Shown in pieces: positions 42,380-57,107 of a stretch of 64,000 nt of DNA. Where the stretch lies: NCBI GenBank assembly GCA_951406725.2, contig OX597839.1, forward strand, positions 12,276,001-12,340,000, given 5' to 3'. Within the stretch, counting starts at the first letter, position 1; the number at the start of each line of letters is the position of its first letter. The translations under genes were made by a program, and so were the position numbers. This DNA is from Octopus vulgaris. Taxonomy: Eukaryota. The notes under the pieces were generated by a model. That model saw only the letters and a list, made by a program, of their open reading frames with translations. It had not been told where the DNA came from and searched no databases.

Positions 42380-42929
42380 TTGGGCTGTCCGGGAAGTTCG
42401 TGCCGATTTATAGTAGCTTACCTTTCGAATTATTTTAGAACAAGGTTGAGTCCATAAAATAGGATTTGACTACACCTCCATTTAGAGCACAGTTTTGTGG
42501 AAGAAGGTTTATGTTCCTATAACCTGTGTTAATTCTGCAACCCTTTAAAATGGAAGATAAGAAAGTTCATTTTCGGTATTGATGCTTTGGGAACCAGACA
42601 AAAATTGCTGCAGCTCGGCTGGGATGTGTTACTCCATTCTCCATATTCACCAGATATTGCTCCTTCGGATTTCCACTTATTCAGGTCTCTACAGAATAGT
42701 CTTAATGGTAAAAATTTCAATTCCTTGGATGACGTAAAAAGATACCTTGATGAATTCTTTGCCATGAAACCACCTCAATTCTAGGAAGCGGGTATTTTCA
42801 AGTCAAAGGAAAGATGGAGACGCATTGTGCAACAAAATGGTTCATATTTGGTTGATTAAAAATGTAATGGCAAGTATTTATTGACCTTCTTTCCTTTAAA
42901 AATCGGCACGAACTTTCCGGACAACCCAA
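42380..42929 (+). mobile_element. Internally deleted mariner (DD34D type), both TIRs intact
   Basis: TIRs TTGGGCTGTCCGGGAAGTTCGTGCCGATTT / AAATCGGCACGAACTTTCCGGACAACCCAA, TA on both sides. MEDKKVHFR start (42550) is fused to C-terminal LGWDVLLHSPYSPDIAPSDFHLFRSL...RWRRIVQQNGSY. Confidence 0.95.
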
Positions 42930-43109
42930 TATATCGATTCACTTAACATCTACAAATCTATAAACCGATCCATTGTGAATTTGATTTCCTATGTGTGACA
43001 TAAAAGAAATTGCTTTTTCTTTAAAAAGGATTTTATATTTATTTTCAAAGAGTTTCTCCCAGACATCCTTAAATACGCAAATATACGATTTTTACAAACA
43101 ATTTACTCA

Positions 43110-43280
43110 AGCGCTAGCGTGGCTGTGAGGTTGAGAAGCTTGCTTGCCAACCGTGTGGTTTTGGGTTCGGTTCCACTGTGTGGCACCTTTTGCCAGTGTC
43201 TTCAACTATAAACCCAGGGTCGACCAAAACCCCGTGAGCAGATTTGATAAAGGAAAACTAAAAGAAGCCCGTCGTATGTG
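43110..43280 (+). mobile_element. SINE family A, head half, diverged
   Basis: GCGTGGCTGTGAGG...GGGTTCGGTTCC...AAAGAAGCCCGTCGTAT. Confidence 0.8.
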
Positions 43281-43499
43281 CGTGTGTGTGTGTGTGTATA
43301 TATATATAACCATTTATATATATATATCTATATTTGTGAAAAGGGCGGATGTCGTCTCACAAGCAGTTGTGCAGGCAAAAGTGTTAGTAAATGTGGTCGG
43401 ATTGATCTGAAAATTTGCACACCTATGTTAAAAGTGCTGGGGAGTTTGCATAGCAACTTTGAGTTTGCTCAATTGAAAGGTGTGGCCTCTAGGGCAAAA

Positions 43500-44056
43500 T
43501 TCCTCATTACATTGATCCCAGTGTTTCACTGCTACTTAATTTATCGACCCCCGAAAGGATGAACGGTAAAATCGACCTCGGCGAAATTTGAACTCAGAAC
43601 GTAGTGACGGGAGAAATACCACTAAACATTTCGTCCAGCGTGCTAACGATTCTGTCAGCTCACCGCCCTATATAACGACAACAACAACAACAACAATAAT
43701 AATTATTATTGTTGTTGTTATTGTTATTATTATCACCATCATCATCATCATGTTGATATAGTGTTATTGCAGCAATAACAGCCGGCAGCTATGTGAAATT
43801 GCCGAACGGACAGGAAGTTGTGCGGAAGTGAATGAACGAAACAAAATAATGGAGACTGATTGGTTGGCCTTCGGATCGTAGAACCAAGCCTGGAGGATCA
43901 AAACCAAGAGAGCCGTTAATTCCATTCCTGTGATCTTTCACGCTAACCTTTTGAACATATAATCGTTTTAGAATGCTTTGTTTGCGGCCAACAGAAATAT
44001 ACACAACGCATGTACATACTCTACATTAGCGACAAAAAACTAACCAGACCAATTAC

Positions 44057-44099
<43 letters not shown>

Positions 44100-45150
44100 A
44101 TTATTATTATCATTATTATTATTAATGCGGCGAGCTGGCAGAGTCGTTTGTATGCCGGACAAAATGCTTAGCGGCATTTCGTCCGTCTTTACGTTCTGTG
44201 TTCAAATTTCGCTGAGGTCGATTTTGCTTTTCATCCTTTCCGGGTCGAGTACCAGTGAAATACTGGAGTCGATGTAATCGACTAGTCCCTTCCTCCAAAA
44301 TTCCAGGCCTTGTGTCTTTAATAGAAAGGATTATTGTTATTATTCTTTGTTTTGTCATGTACTGCCATAATATTTTTCTTAATGTAAACCCTTTGTGGTA
44401 AATCCTTTCTACTAAAGGGGCGTGGGGACTAATTAATTACAACGACTCCAGTATTTCACTGGTACTTAATTTATCGACCCCGAAAGGATAAAAGGCAAAG
44501 TCGACCTCGGTGGAATTTGAACTCGGAACGTAGCGATGGTCCGAGTTGGCAGAAACGTGAGCACGCCGGGCGAAATGCTTAGCGAAACTTCGCCCGTCGC
44601 TACGTCCTGTATGCAAATTCCGCCGAGGTCGACTTTGCTTTTCATCCTTTTGGGGTCGATAAATTAAATACCAGTTGTGTACTGGAGTTCATCTAATCGA
44701 CTGCCCCCCCACCACACTCCCAAATTTCAGGCCGTGTGCCTATGGTAGAAAGGATTATTATTATTATTACTGAGGCGGCGACCTGGCGGTATCGTTACAG
44801 CGCCGTGCAAAATGCTTAGCGGCATTTCGTCCGTCTTTGACTCTGAGTTCAAATTCCGCCGGGATCGATTTTGCTTTTCATCCTTTCAGGGCCGATAAAA
44901 TAAGTACCGGTTGAGTACTGGGGTCGATGTACTCTTCCCTCAAAATTTCAGGCCTTGTGCCTATAGTAGAAAGAGCTGGCAGAATCGTTAGCGCGCTAGC
45001 CAAAATGCTAAACGGTGTGCATTCGTCTTTAGGTTCTGGGTTCGAATGATGTCGATGCCGGCTTTGCTTTCCATCCTTTTTTTTTTTAGGGGCGGGGGGT
45101 CGATAAAAGAAGCACTAGTTGAGCACTGGGGTCGATATAATTGATTTGAC
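43500..45150. mobile_element. Cluster of six SINE family B copies (minus 43500-43668, 44400-44540; plus 44127-44335, 44545-44760, 44773-44975, 44973-45150)
   Basis: Each shows the B head and/or CTTTTCATCCTTT..GGGTCGATAAA body; several are bounded by (TTA)n. Confidence 0.87.
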
Positions 45151-45179
45151 CAGGCTCCTAAAGTTGATGGCGATGTGAG

Positions 45180-45750
45180 ATGATGAAGTGGAGGAGGACT
45201 ACGTTGATGTGATGGACAAAAACGAGGAAGAATGTAATGGTTTGATGATCACGATAAGGACTATTGATGGAGATGACGACGAAGAGGATGAGGATGGTAG
45301 TGGTGGTGATGATGATGATGACGACGATGATGATGAGGAGGAGGAGGAGAGTGACAATGGTGATGATAGTAATGATGATGATGTTGAAGCTGACGATGTT
45401 GATGGCGACAGTCGTAGAGATGTTGATGCAGATGATGGTGGTGGAGGTGGTGGCGGTGGTAGTGGTAATGATGGTGGTGGTAATGGTGTTAGTGGTAGTG
45501 GTGGTGGCGGTAGTATTAGTGGTGGTGGTGTTGATGATGGAAATGATGACGATGCTGAAAATGATGATGATGGAAACAATGATGGCGGTGGTGGTGGTGA
45601 TGAAGATGATGATGATGACGACGACAACGACGATGATGATGATGCAAATGATAATACTGACGATTACCGATGATGCTGTTGATAGAGAGGGTGTCGGTGG
45701 TAGAAGCGGCGGTGGCGGTGGAGATAATGATAATGATGGGGTGGTGTTAA
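45180..45750. repeat. Degenerate (GAT)n/(GGT)n low-complexity tract
   Basis: Open in several frames on both strands only because of triplet composition. Confidence 0.85.
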
Positions 45751-46343
45751 TCGGGTACAATTGCGTAGACATGCTGAGAGCAAAGAAACAACGGTAAATA
45801 TATTTGGAAAGAACAAGCAAGTTAAAAGCGGTTTTACCCTTTAATTCTGTTGACGAATTATATTATCCGTGATTACTGATTAGTGGACGGTAATTAGGTG
45901 TGGAAGTAGGCTGGAGAGGGCTGTGGGTGGAGGAGTAGTGAAGGATTAGGGAAGCGGTGATTGGAAGCAAATGAGGAAGGGAGATAGATTGATGTGAAAG
46001 TGTGTAGGTATGTGGGGAGGTAGTGAGATAGACAGACTGGACGACAGATATGTGTGTGTATACGTGTGTGTGTGGGGGGGGTGAGACTGACATATGCATA
46101 GACAGACAGACAGATAGATAGATAGACAGACTGATTGGATGATAGATAGATAGATAGATAGATAAATAGATAGTCGCTTTCCTCTTCTTCCACCTCCTCT
46201 TCAATCGTCGTCATCATCATCCACATCATCACTAACAACATCGTCATCATCATCATCACCACAACCATTATCATCATCATCAGCATCATCAACCTGACTG
46301 ATTGGTTGATAGATAGGTAGAGAGAGAGGAGGAGGAGGAAGAA

Positions 46344-46466
<123 letters not shown>

Positions 46467-46919
46467 TGATAATAAGAGAAAAAGGGAGCGAAGAAAGGAA
46501 ATAAAGTCAGTAAAAAAACATACGTAAACTAATAAGTCTTTTTATATCTTATTTAATATTTTTTTGTTTCCTCTTTCATCTCTAAGTCAAACAGAAACAG
46601 TTTTGCAAGTCATTAGCGAAAAAGAGTCAATTTTCTTTAATCCAGCATTTAGAGAGCTACAATTTCATAAAATGGTAGTCACTAATTAGTACTAAAAGAG
46701 AGAGAGAGAGAGAGGGAAAGAGAGAAAGAGGGGTAAAAGAAAAAGAGAAGAGAAATAAAAGGAAAGCGGGAGAGATGAAAGCGTTACCTTTACGATAGAG
46801 TAACATGGAAGTATGTAAGTGAATAAGTGAATAAAATTAATGTAGCCGTTTGTGTATTATCTATTTCTCTGTCTGTCTGTCTGTCTGTCTCTCCCTCTAG
46901 AAGGAGTGAGAGAGATACA

Positions 46920-46973
<54 letters not shown>

Positions 46974-46989
46974 GTATATTCTTTTATTT

Positions 46990-47203
46990 TTATCAGTCAT
47001 TTGGCTGCGGCCATGCTGGAGCACCGCCTTTAGTTGAACAAATCAACACCAGGACTTATTCTTTGTAAACGAAGTACTTATTCTATCACTCACTTTTTCT
47101 ATTTATTCTATCGAACCACTAAGTTACGGGGACGTAAACACATCAACATCGGTTATCAAGCGACGAGTGAGGGATAAACACAGACACAAACATATACCAA
47201 CTT

Positions 47204-47253
<50 letters not shown>

Positions 47254-47592
47254 ATATTTGTGACTCTCATAGGCAAAAAGAAGAAAAATAACGAAATCAA
47301 ACAGTCTACGATTAATTATGTACGCGCTTCGGGATTAGAATTATAAAAATTCATTTCCTTCATCAGCATAATATTTCGAGAATTATAAATTTAAAAATGC
47401 TAAAACCTACCATTTGCATCTTCGACCAAGCGACATCAAAACATGGACTTCTTTCAGTTTCCATCTACCAAATTCACTCACAAGGCTTTGGTCGGCCCGT
47501 GGCTATTGTTGAAGACACATGTCCAAGGCGTCACGCAATGGAACTGACCCCGGAACCATGTGGGTTGGGAAGCAAGCTTCTCAGCACAGCCA
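46990..47592 (-). mobile_element. SINE family A split by an insertion of about 200 bp in its internal microsatellite
   Basis: Tail half 46990-47200, head half 47445-47592, foreign segment about 47250-47440. Confidence 0.85.
47315..47372 (-). ncRNA. Minimal type I hammerhead ribozyme-like motif (Penelope-type), probably mutated
   Basis: ATTATG-CTGATGA-A-[GGA..GAATT-TTTAT-AATTC..TCCC]-GAAG-CGCG-TA-CATAAT: 6-bp stem I, stem II, palindromic stem III, GUA triplet; GAAA reads GAAG. Confidence 0.68.
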
Positions 47593-49230
47593 ATATTGGT
47601 CATTCCATGACCGGCCATATAATTAACTTCCTATATATATATACTATGTATCTATGTATATATGTATGTATGTATCTATCTTTCTATCTATATACATGTA
47701 TATATATATGTATGTGCGTGTGTGTGTGTGCATACACATGTATGTGTATAAATATGTATATGTATATATATTTCTGTATATATCCACGCATTTGTATCTA
47801 CCTATATATCTCAAAATATATATGTTTATATTTTTATATATATATATATATGTATGTATGTGTGATTGCATTTATATGTATGTATATATATAAAGATATA
47901 TACACGTACATGTGTGTGTGTGTTTGTAATATATGTATGAATATACAGGCACATTCTAAGCAAAACTGTCTGACGAACAGGACCGTCAAACTCCGAGTAA
48001 CACAGCTCATCCATTACATTTATCAACGCCTCTAGACTTTCACTGGTTCATTATCAGGATTTATATTACTACTGACATGGGTGAATACGAGATACAATGA
48101 CCTTGTTTCAGTATTGTTACCGATGTTACTAAACCGAACGTTACAGATATTTGATAGTGCATAGGAGAAGGAAAACAAAGTATTCAATACAAAATCATTG
48201 TGTCATATAAGATTACTTATTTGAAGGTGAAATGTCCGATCACAGCTCTCAAATTTGACTTCTATGAATATCCGACACTTATGTAATGTTATTAGCGAAC
48301 ATCTATTTATACACATCATGTAAGTCTGCTGATTTATCATCAAACCTTTTAAAACACATAAATTACCAAAACATATGTATTAAATTTGGTCATACGTTAC
48401 CTCACTTTGTCTTCGCCCATTGCCCCCCAACAGCCCCCGTCTAGAACAATATGAGGAGCGAAGGATATTTATTGTCACATAATATTCACTCTTTCTGCCC
48501 AATATTTCCAGCTTTTATCTTCTATTCTCCCCATCTATCAATATTGAATCAAACATTTTTTTCATCATCATCACGATCACCACAGCCACTACAACAGCCA
48601 CCAGCAGTGTCAGCACCACCACTACCTTCTTCTTCTTTGTCATCACCGTTGTCTTTGTCTCTTTGTCGTCATCATCATCATTATCATCACCATGATCACT
48701 ATATCATCAACGTCTTCGCTCTCGTTGTTGTCATCGTCGTTGTCGCCTTCCTCTTCTTCCGCCTCCTCTTCAATCGTCGTCATCATCATCATCAACAATA
48801 TCACTAACAACATCGTCGTCATCATCATCAACACTACCATCGTCATCATCATCACCATTATCATCATCACCACAACCATTATCATCCTCATCAGCATCAT
48901 CAACACCATCATCGTCATCATCATCATCATCATCATCACATCATCATTATCGTCATCATCACCATTATCAACATCGTCGTCGTCGTCGGTATCATTGTCC
49001 TCCTTATTATCATCCTTCTCCTCAGCTCATATTTTCATTAACAATTACTGCCCTCATTTAAATACACCCCCCCCCCCAAATATAAAGAAATTATAAAAGA
49101 AAAACGAAAATGAACAATAATTGTTACTAAATTTAATGCTAAAATTTCACATTCATTGAAAAACATTAGCGAGGTTTCCCCCACCCCTTTCTATCTCCAA
49201 ACACCTTCCCTATCCCCTACTACAGTTATA

Positions 49231-49284
<54 letters not shown>

Positions 49285-49725
49285 CATAAATATACATGCA
49301 TATATATACATGCATATATATACATACATACATATATACATATACATATACACACACACATATATATATACATATATATACATATGCATATATATATATA
49401 TATATATATAAATTTAGATATACGTGTCTTGATATTTACTTACAAACATACACACACATACATACATACATTCATAAATGCATACATACATACTTACGTA
49501 AATACATACATGCATGCATACATATATATACACACACAGGTATATATAAATTTGCATACATCTATATATGTATAGATATTTACGTATGTATGTAGATTTA
49601 TGTATAAATACATATACTTATATATGTAAATTTAAATTTACATATATTTAGATATCTACTCATATATGCATATGCATGAATATGAGTGCTAATGTCTATG
49701 TCTATACACATACATATATTATATT

Positions 49726-49778
<53 letters not shown>

Positions 49779-49782
49779 TTAC

Positions 49783-49859
<77 letters not shown>

Positions 49860-50249
49860 CAAATATTCAAAGATAGATTGATAGAGAAATAGATAATGTG
49901 TCTATATAAATGTATGTATATAGATTTTTCCTTTTATCTTCATATATTATATCTATATCTATATATATATATATTTATTTACATTTTCCAACAAAATACT
50001 TTTAAATAAATTATAATAATATCCAGCTTGTTGTTTATTTAATTCAATGCAGAAAGCTGTCTTGTGAAGATTAATTAAGAAGGTTCCTTACACTCTTCAT
50101 AACACTCTCATACTTCTCTCATTATTCTCCACATACATACAGACGCGTGCGCACACACATAAACACACACACACACACACGCGCAGGCCATTATATATCT
50201 TTTTAATACCATTTTGTTTTATTTCTTTTTACCTCTTCTTAGATTAAAA

Positions 50250-51670
<1,421 letters not shown>

Positions 51671-52348
51671 GTTGAAGGGAAGGGTAAAAATCTTTGTTGC
51701 TTTACTTTGCTTGGTGTGGTCTGCCTGGGTCTTTTACTGATAACTTTCAATTAATATCTAATGATAGAACAGCTTTGATGGAAACGAAGTTTTCCGCCAT
51801 TTTGCAAGATCATATTTTTTTGGCAAAAGTCTGCATAATGGAACTGCCAGGACTCAAGCAAATACATAAACACACACACACACACATACACACACACACA
51901 CACACATATATATATAAACATGCACTTATATATGCACACGCGCTCGCCTGCACATGCAATGGCATACACAATACACATGCACATGTATGCACATATAAAA
52001 GCGAACACATATACACTTGCGATCACAATCACGCACAGACACATACATGCAAACACAAATAGATATGCATACATAAAACGCATACACATACACACAAACG
52101 AACGCATACGTACAAATGCACATACACGCCCACATACAAGTTTGCACTTATATACACGCACACACGTGAAAATACCAATATTCACATTGTTCGCAGACAT
52201 ATACAAGGACACACACAAAGTTATATATATATATATGTATACAGATATATATATATATATATACACACACATGCATACGTACAAATGAAAGTAAACATAC
52301 ATTCACACAGAAATACATACAGAAAGGTGATACTCATATATAGAGAAA

Positions 52349-52396
<48 letters not shown>

Positions 52397-52463
52397 TTAT
52401 ACACACGTAAATACGCCTTCACCACTGCACATACTCAAACGCACACACACACTCTCTCACTCA

Positions 52464-52497
<34 letters not shown>

Positions 52498-53208
52498 TAA
52501 ATACATAGAAATACACAAACAAGTAGCCATACACATACAATAATCATACCTACAAAAGCACATATATACATACATATACACACAGACCAACGTGTCTATA
52601 CACATAAACACATTTAGAAGCAAAAAGAGAAACAACAGCAAATAGACAACACACCGCCACTACCACCACCACCACCATGAACAACAACAACAACAACAAA
52701 TACATGAGCGAAACAGCCGTTCTTTTGATGTGTGTCGTATGGTGGACACGAATAATGTTTTATGGTATCGCAACACATCTAGTTCTAGGTTTTTTTACTT
52801 CCCTTTAACTATACCCGAAAGGACTGTATATTTTAAACGCAAAAAAAAAATATATATAGCCCCTCTACCATGCAATAACAACAACAACAGCAACAATAAT
52901 AGTAGTAGTAGTAGTAACAACAACAAAAATAATAATAATAATAATAATAAGTAAAAGAAAACATCATTCTCTTTCTTTCTGCCCCCCCTCTCTCTCTCTC
53001 TCCGTCTACGCTTCGCTCTCTCTCACCTTCTTTGTCTCTATCTCTCTCATTTTCAAACACACACAAAGTGACATATAGATATCCAAGTAAATAATATATA
53101 TAGCTATATACGTAATTTCATATATACATATATATAGATTTGCATACACACATATATATATCTGTATATGTATGTATGTATGCAACATAAATATATACAT
53201 AGATTTAT

Positions 53209-53253
<45 letters not shown>

Positions 53254-53559
53254 ACGCACATACAAAAATACATACATATGCGCACACAGATATCCAAGGA
53301 AAGACAACTACAACAAAAACCAGCAAGATTTTTAAATGTCAGTCATAGAGGCGAGATTCAAACATTATTTGCCACTGCTAACTGCTACGTGGCATTCCCA
53401 ATAAAATATATGTAATGGCTGACAAAAAAGCTTCGCCTATTGGCAAAGTGAAAGTAGAATAAAATAAGAAAATAAAAAAAATACAAAACAGGTAATAAAA
53501 GAAAGAGTAAAAAATCAATTCAATGGATTGGTTGGCTGTTTACATACTTTATATATGTA

Positions 53560-53624
<65 letters not shown>

Positions 53625-54579
53625 ATATATATGTATATATTTGTATTTTATTGCATTATATTTTATATTATTTTGTTTTATATATATATATTTTTATATT
53701 TAAATTTGCTTGGTTGTTCTATTGCTTTCACTGTCTTCTCTCTCTCTCTCTCTCACTCTCTCTCTCTATCTATCTATCTGCCTATGTCTCTCTATCTGTC
53801 AATCTCTCTATCTCATTTCCAAAAAAAAAAAAAAGAAAGAAAGTAAAAAACCTATTACTTTCACAGTTCTTTCTGAGTTCACAAGAAATATACCACTCCC
53901 TCACCGAACACCAGACCCACATCATAACCACTAAAGCCACCGCAACCACCACCACCGCCACAACACGTACAGAAGAACACGCACACCTATATATGCACAC
54001 ACACACACACATGTACAAACATACACTATCATTTTGACTGTACAAATAACAAACATCAGTTGTATTCATAGAGGTGAAAACGAAAGGGAGACAAAATGAG
54101 ATTGAGCGTGTGTATGTGTATGTGTATAAATACATGTGCGTGCGTATGTGTATGTGTGTGTAGTTGTATGAACATATAGCTATCTACGTGTACGTATATG
54201 TGTGTCTGAAGATACTTATATATGTGTGTGTATGTATGTATGTATGTATGTGTATGCATATGTGTTGGTGTATACGCACAAAGAGAGAGAGAGAGAGAGA
54301 GTGAGAGAGATACAGACAGGTAGAGAGACAGACAGACAGGTAGAGATGATAAGAGAGGGGTAGAGAGAGATATATTCGGACACATAAACACGCATACGTG
54401 CACAAATACACACTTACACACACACATATGTCAATATTTATAAAAATGTACACAAATTTATATATGTGTCTGTGTGTGAATACACACGCAATATATATAT
54501 ATATATCTATATACATACACACAACTATGTGTGCGAATTTGTATACGCCTGCATGTGCGTCAGAACGTGTATACGCGTG

Positions 54580-54611
<32 letters not shown>

Positions 54612-54675
54612 ATTCAGCATAATTTCTATATACGCATATAACTCTGTATATATGCATATATATGTGTGTGTATGC

Positions 54676-54679
<4 letters not shown>

Positions 54680-54724
<45 letters not shown>

Positions 54725-54772
54725 TAGATAGATAGATAGATAGATACACAAATACACACACATGTTCATATA

Positions 54773-54812
<40 letters not shown>

Positions 54813-54838
54813 TATATGAACATGTGTGTGTATTTGTG

Positions 54839-54920
<82 letters not shown>
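54680..54920. repeat. Palindrome of about 240 bp centred on (AT)n near 54793
   Basis: (TAGA)n-TACACAAATACACACACATGTTCATATATTC-(AT)n-GAATATATGAACATGTGTGTGTATTTGTGTA-(TCTA)n. The ORF track gives identical peptide starts on both strands. Confidence 0.93.
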
Positions 54921-54933
<13 letters not shown>

Positions 54934-55597
54934 GCATACATGCAAGGAAAAACGCCATTTGTAAGAAGAGCACGAAAATGTTCATAAAAGAATGTTAATT
55001 TTTCTGTAGTAATGGGAAATATATTTATATTTTTTGCTTATTGAAAAAGAAAATGGCGTTCTTCTTTTTTTTATATTCTTGTATTCGCCACATTATAATC
55101 GCTGGATTTATATAATGTTTCATGAGTCCTCCCTCGCACCTACCTCCACCATTCGCTATAATTTATGGCGTACTCCTTTGATTTCCCGAATATATTTTTT
55201 GAGCGAATTTTAAAAACACATTCCCTCCCAAACATAATATACACTTATTTATGCATAAATGAATAGATAATAATTCCATAACTATGTATGTATGTGCATG
55301 AGTGTATATATATATGTACGTATGTATGTATGCATGTATGTTTTTATGTGGTAATGTGTGTGTCTGTATACAAATGTAGAGATATAGTAATTTTACATAA
55401 AATGAAAATGATGTATTTGCCTATACATAATCACACACACACATACACATTTACACACATACATGTGTGTGTTGCTACATCTAAAAACATAGAGAAAGAA
55501 ATAACAAATAACTTAGTTTAAGTATATATACATAACTATATGTGTCTCTGCATGTGTTTATATATATATATATATATGACTTTTTTAATATCTACAC

Positions 55598-55654
<57 letters not shown>

Positions 55655-55766
55655 TATATATATATACATGTGTGTGTGTGTGTATGTATGTATATATATA
55701 TATATATGAATATATATATATATGTATACGTGTGTGTATATCTATGAATATGTGTGTGTGTGTGTA

Positions 55767-55817
<51 letters not shown>

Positions 55818-56469
55818 GCTGTTATATGTGTCGATAAACATCTACGTAGTTTTCTATGTCTCTGTATGTATTACAGACGGAGAGACGGTACAAGAAACAT
55901 GTGTATATGATTGCGTGAGCGTATTTATATATACGCGCATACACACACACACAAATGCATGCAAACATACATACATATATACACATATGCCCACCCACCA
56001 CCTGCACCACACAAACATCTATAATATTTAAGCACATACAGAAGCGCGCTTATGCTTGTCAATTTTTTCTAGTTTTCTATCTACAAAAATTTACATCTAA
56101 TAAATATTACATTAGTTCTTCTGTTTATATATATATTTGCTATCTGTTTTATTGAAATATACAGCTAGCTGCCATATTTATATAATTCACAAATCATCTA
56201 GCGGCTCCTGGAATCCAATATCTAGTGTTTGTGTTATGCATATGCAAATGTTTGTGATTGAGCATGTATTTATGTATGTATGTATGTATATATGATTGCA
56301 TGTACGTATGTATGTATGTATGTATGTATGTATGTATGTATGTATGTATGTATGTATGTATGTATGCAGGTAGGTATATATGTAGGAAGGTAGGTAAGTA
56401 TCTATGTATCTATCTTCTGTCTGTCTATCTACCCAACACTCACACACACATATATATATATTTAATGTG

Positions 56470-56510
<41 letters not shown>

Positions 56511-56799
56511 GTACATATACATGCTCTTATACCTACATATAAACATACATATACGTACATACATACATACATACATATAATTATATACGTATGCATATAT
56601 GGAGGCCTGCATACACTTTGGATTGCCGCCATGCTGGTTTTGGTCAATGATATGAAACCCTGAACATATTACTGTCTGGTACTTATTTTATCGATTTCTC
56701 TCTATCAGATCACTAAATTATATGTCGAGGTATATTATGTACACGACTTGACACAATTTTGTCTCGCTGTATAGACAGCTACACACACGCAACCGTTTA

Positions 56800-56830
<31 letters not shown>

Positions 56831-56831
<1 letters not shown>

Positions 56832-57025
56832 AAGGGAAAGTTTACGAAAAAAAACAGAGACGAAGGCAGGTGGTGTACAAACAAACAGATGTATTAGTAT
56901 AGCGCTCAGGAATAGAAAATGTCTTTTATATTTCGAGCCTACGCTCTTCTACAAAAAGGTACACAGAGAAAACAAGGAGAGAAAAAATGTGTGTAATAGC
57001 TAACGATCTATCATGGCGTCTGACT
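56831..57025 (-). mobile_element. Family E short element
   Basis: Aligns with 26108-26290; minus TTGTAGAAGAGCGTAGGCTCGAAATATAAAAG; flanked by (TA)n. Confidence 0.7.
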
Positions 57026-57033
57026 CATATATA

Positions 57034-57065
<32 letters not shown>

Positions 57066-57107
57066 CATACACACACACACACACACACTCATACAAACAT
57101 ATGCATA

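Noticed and set aside
45158-45820. D/G-rich ORF 45188-45673 as an acidic matrix protein
   Set aside because: Non-ATG start, overlapping frames on both strands are equally open, and the composition is explained by decayed GAT/GGT triplet repeats.
47965-48006. CTGT-CTGACGA-A...TCC-GAGT...ACAG hammerhead-like string
   Set aside because: GAAA and the cleavage triplet are absent; too decayed to support.
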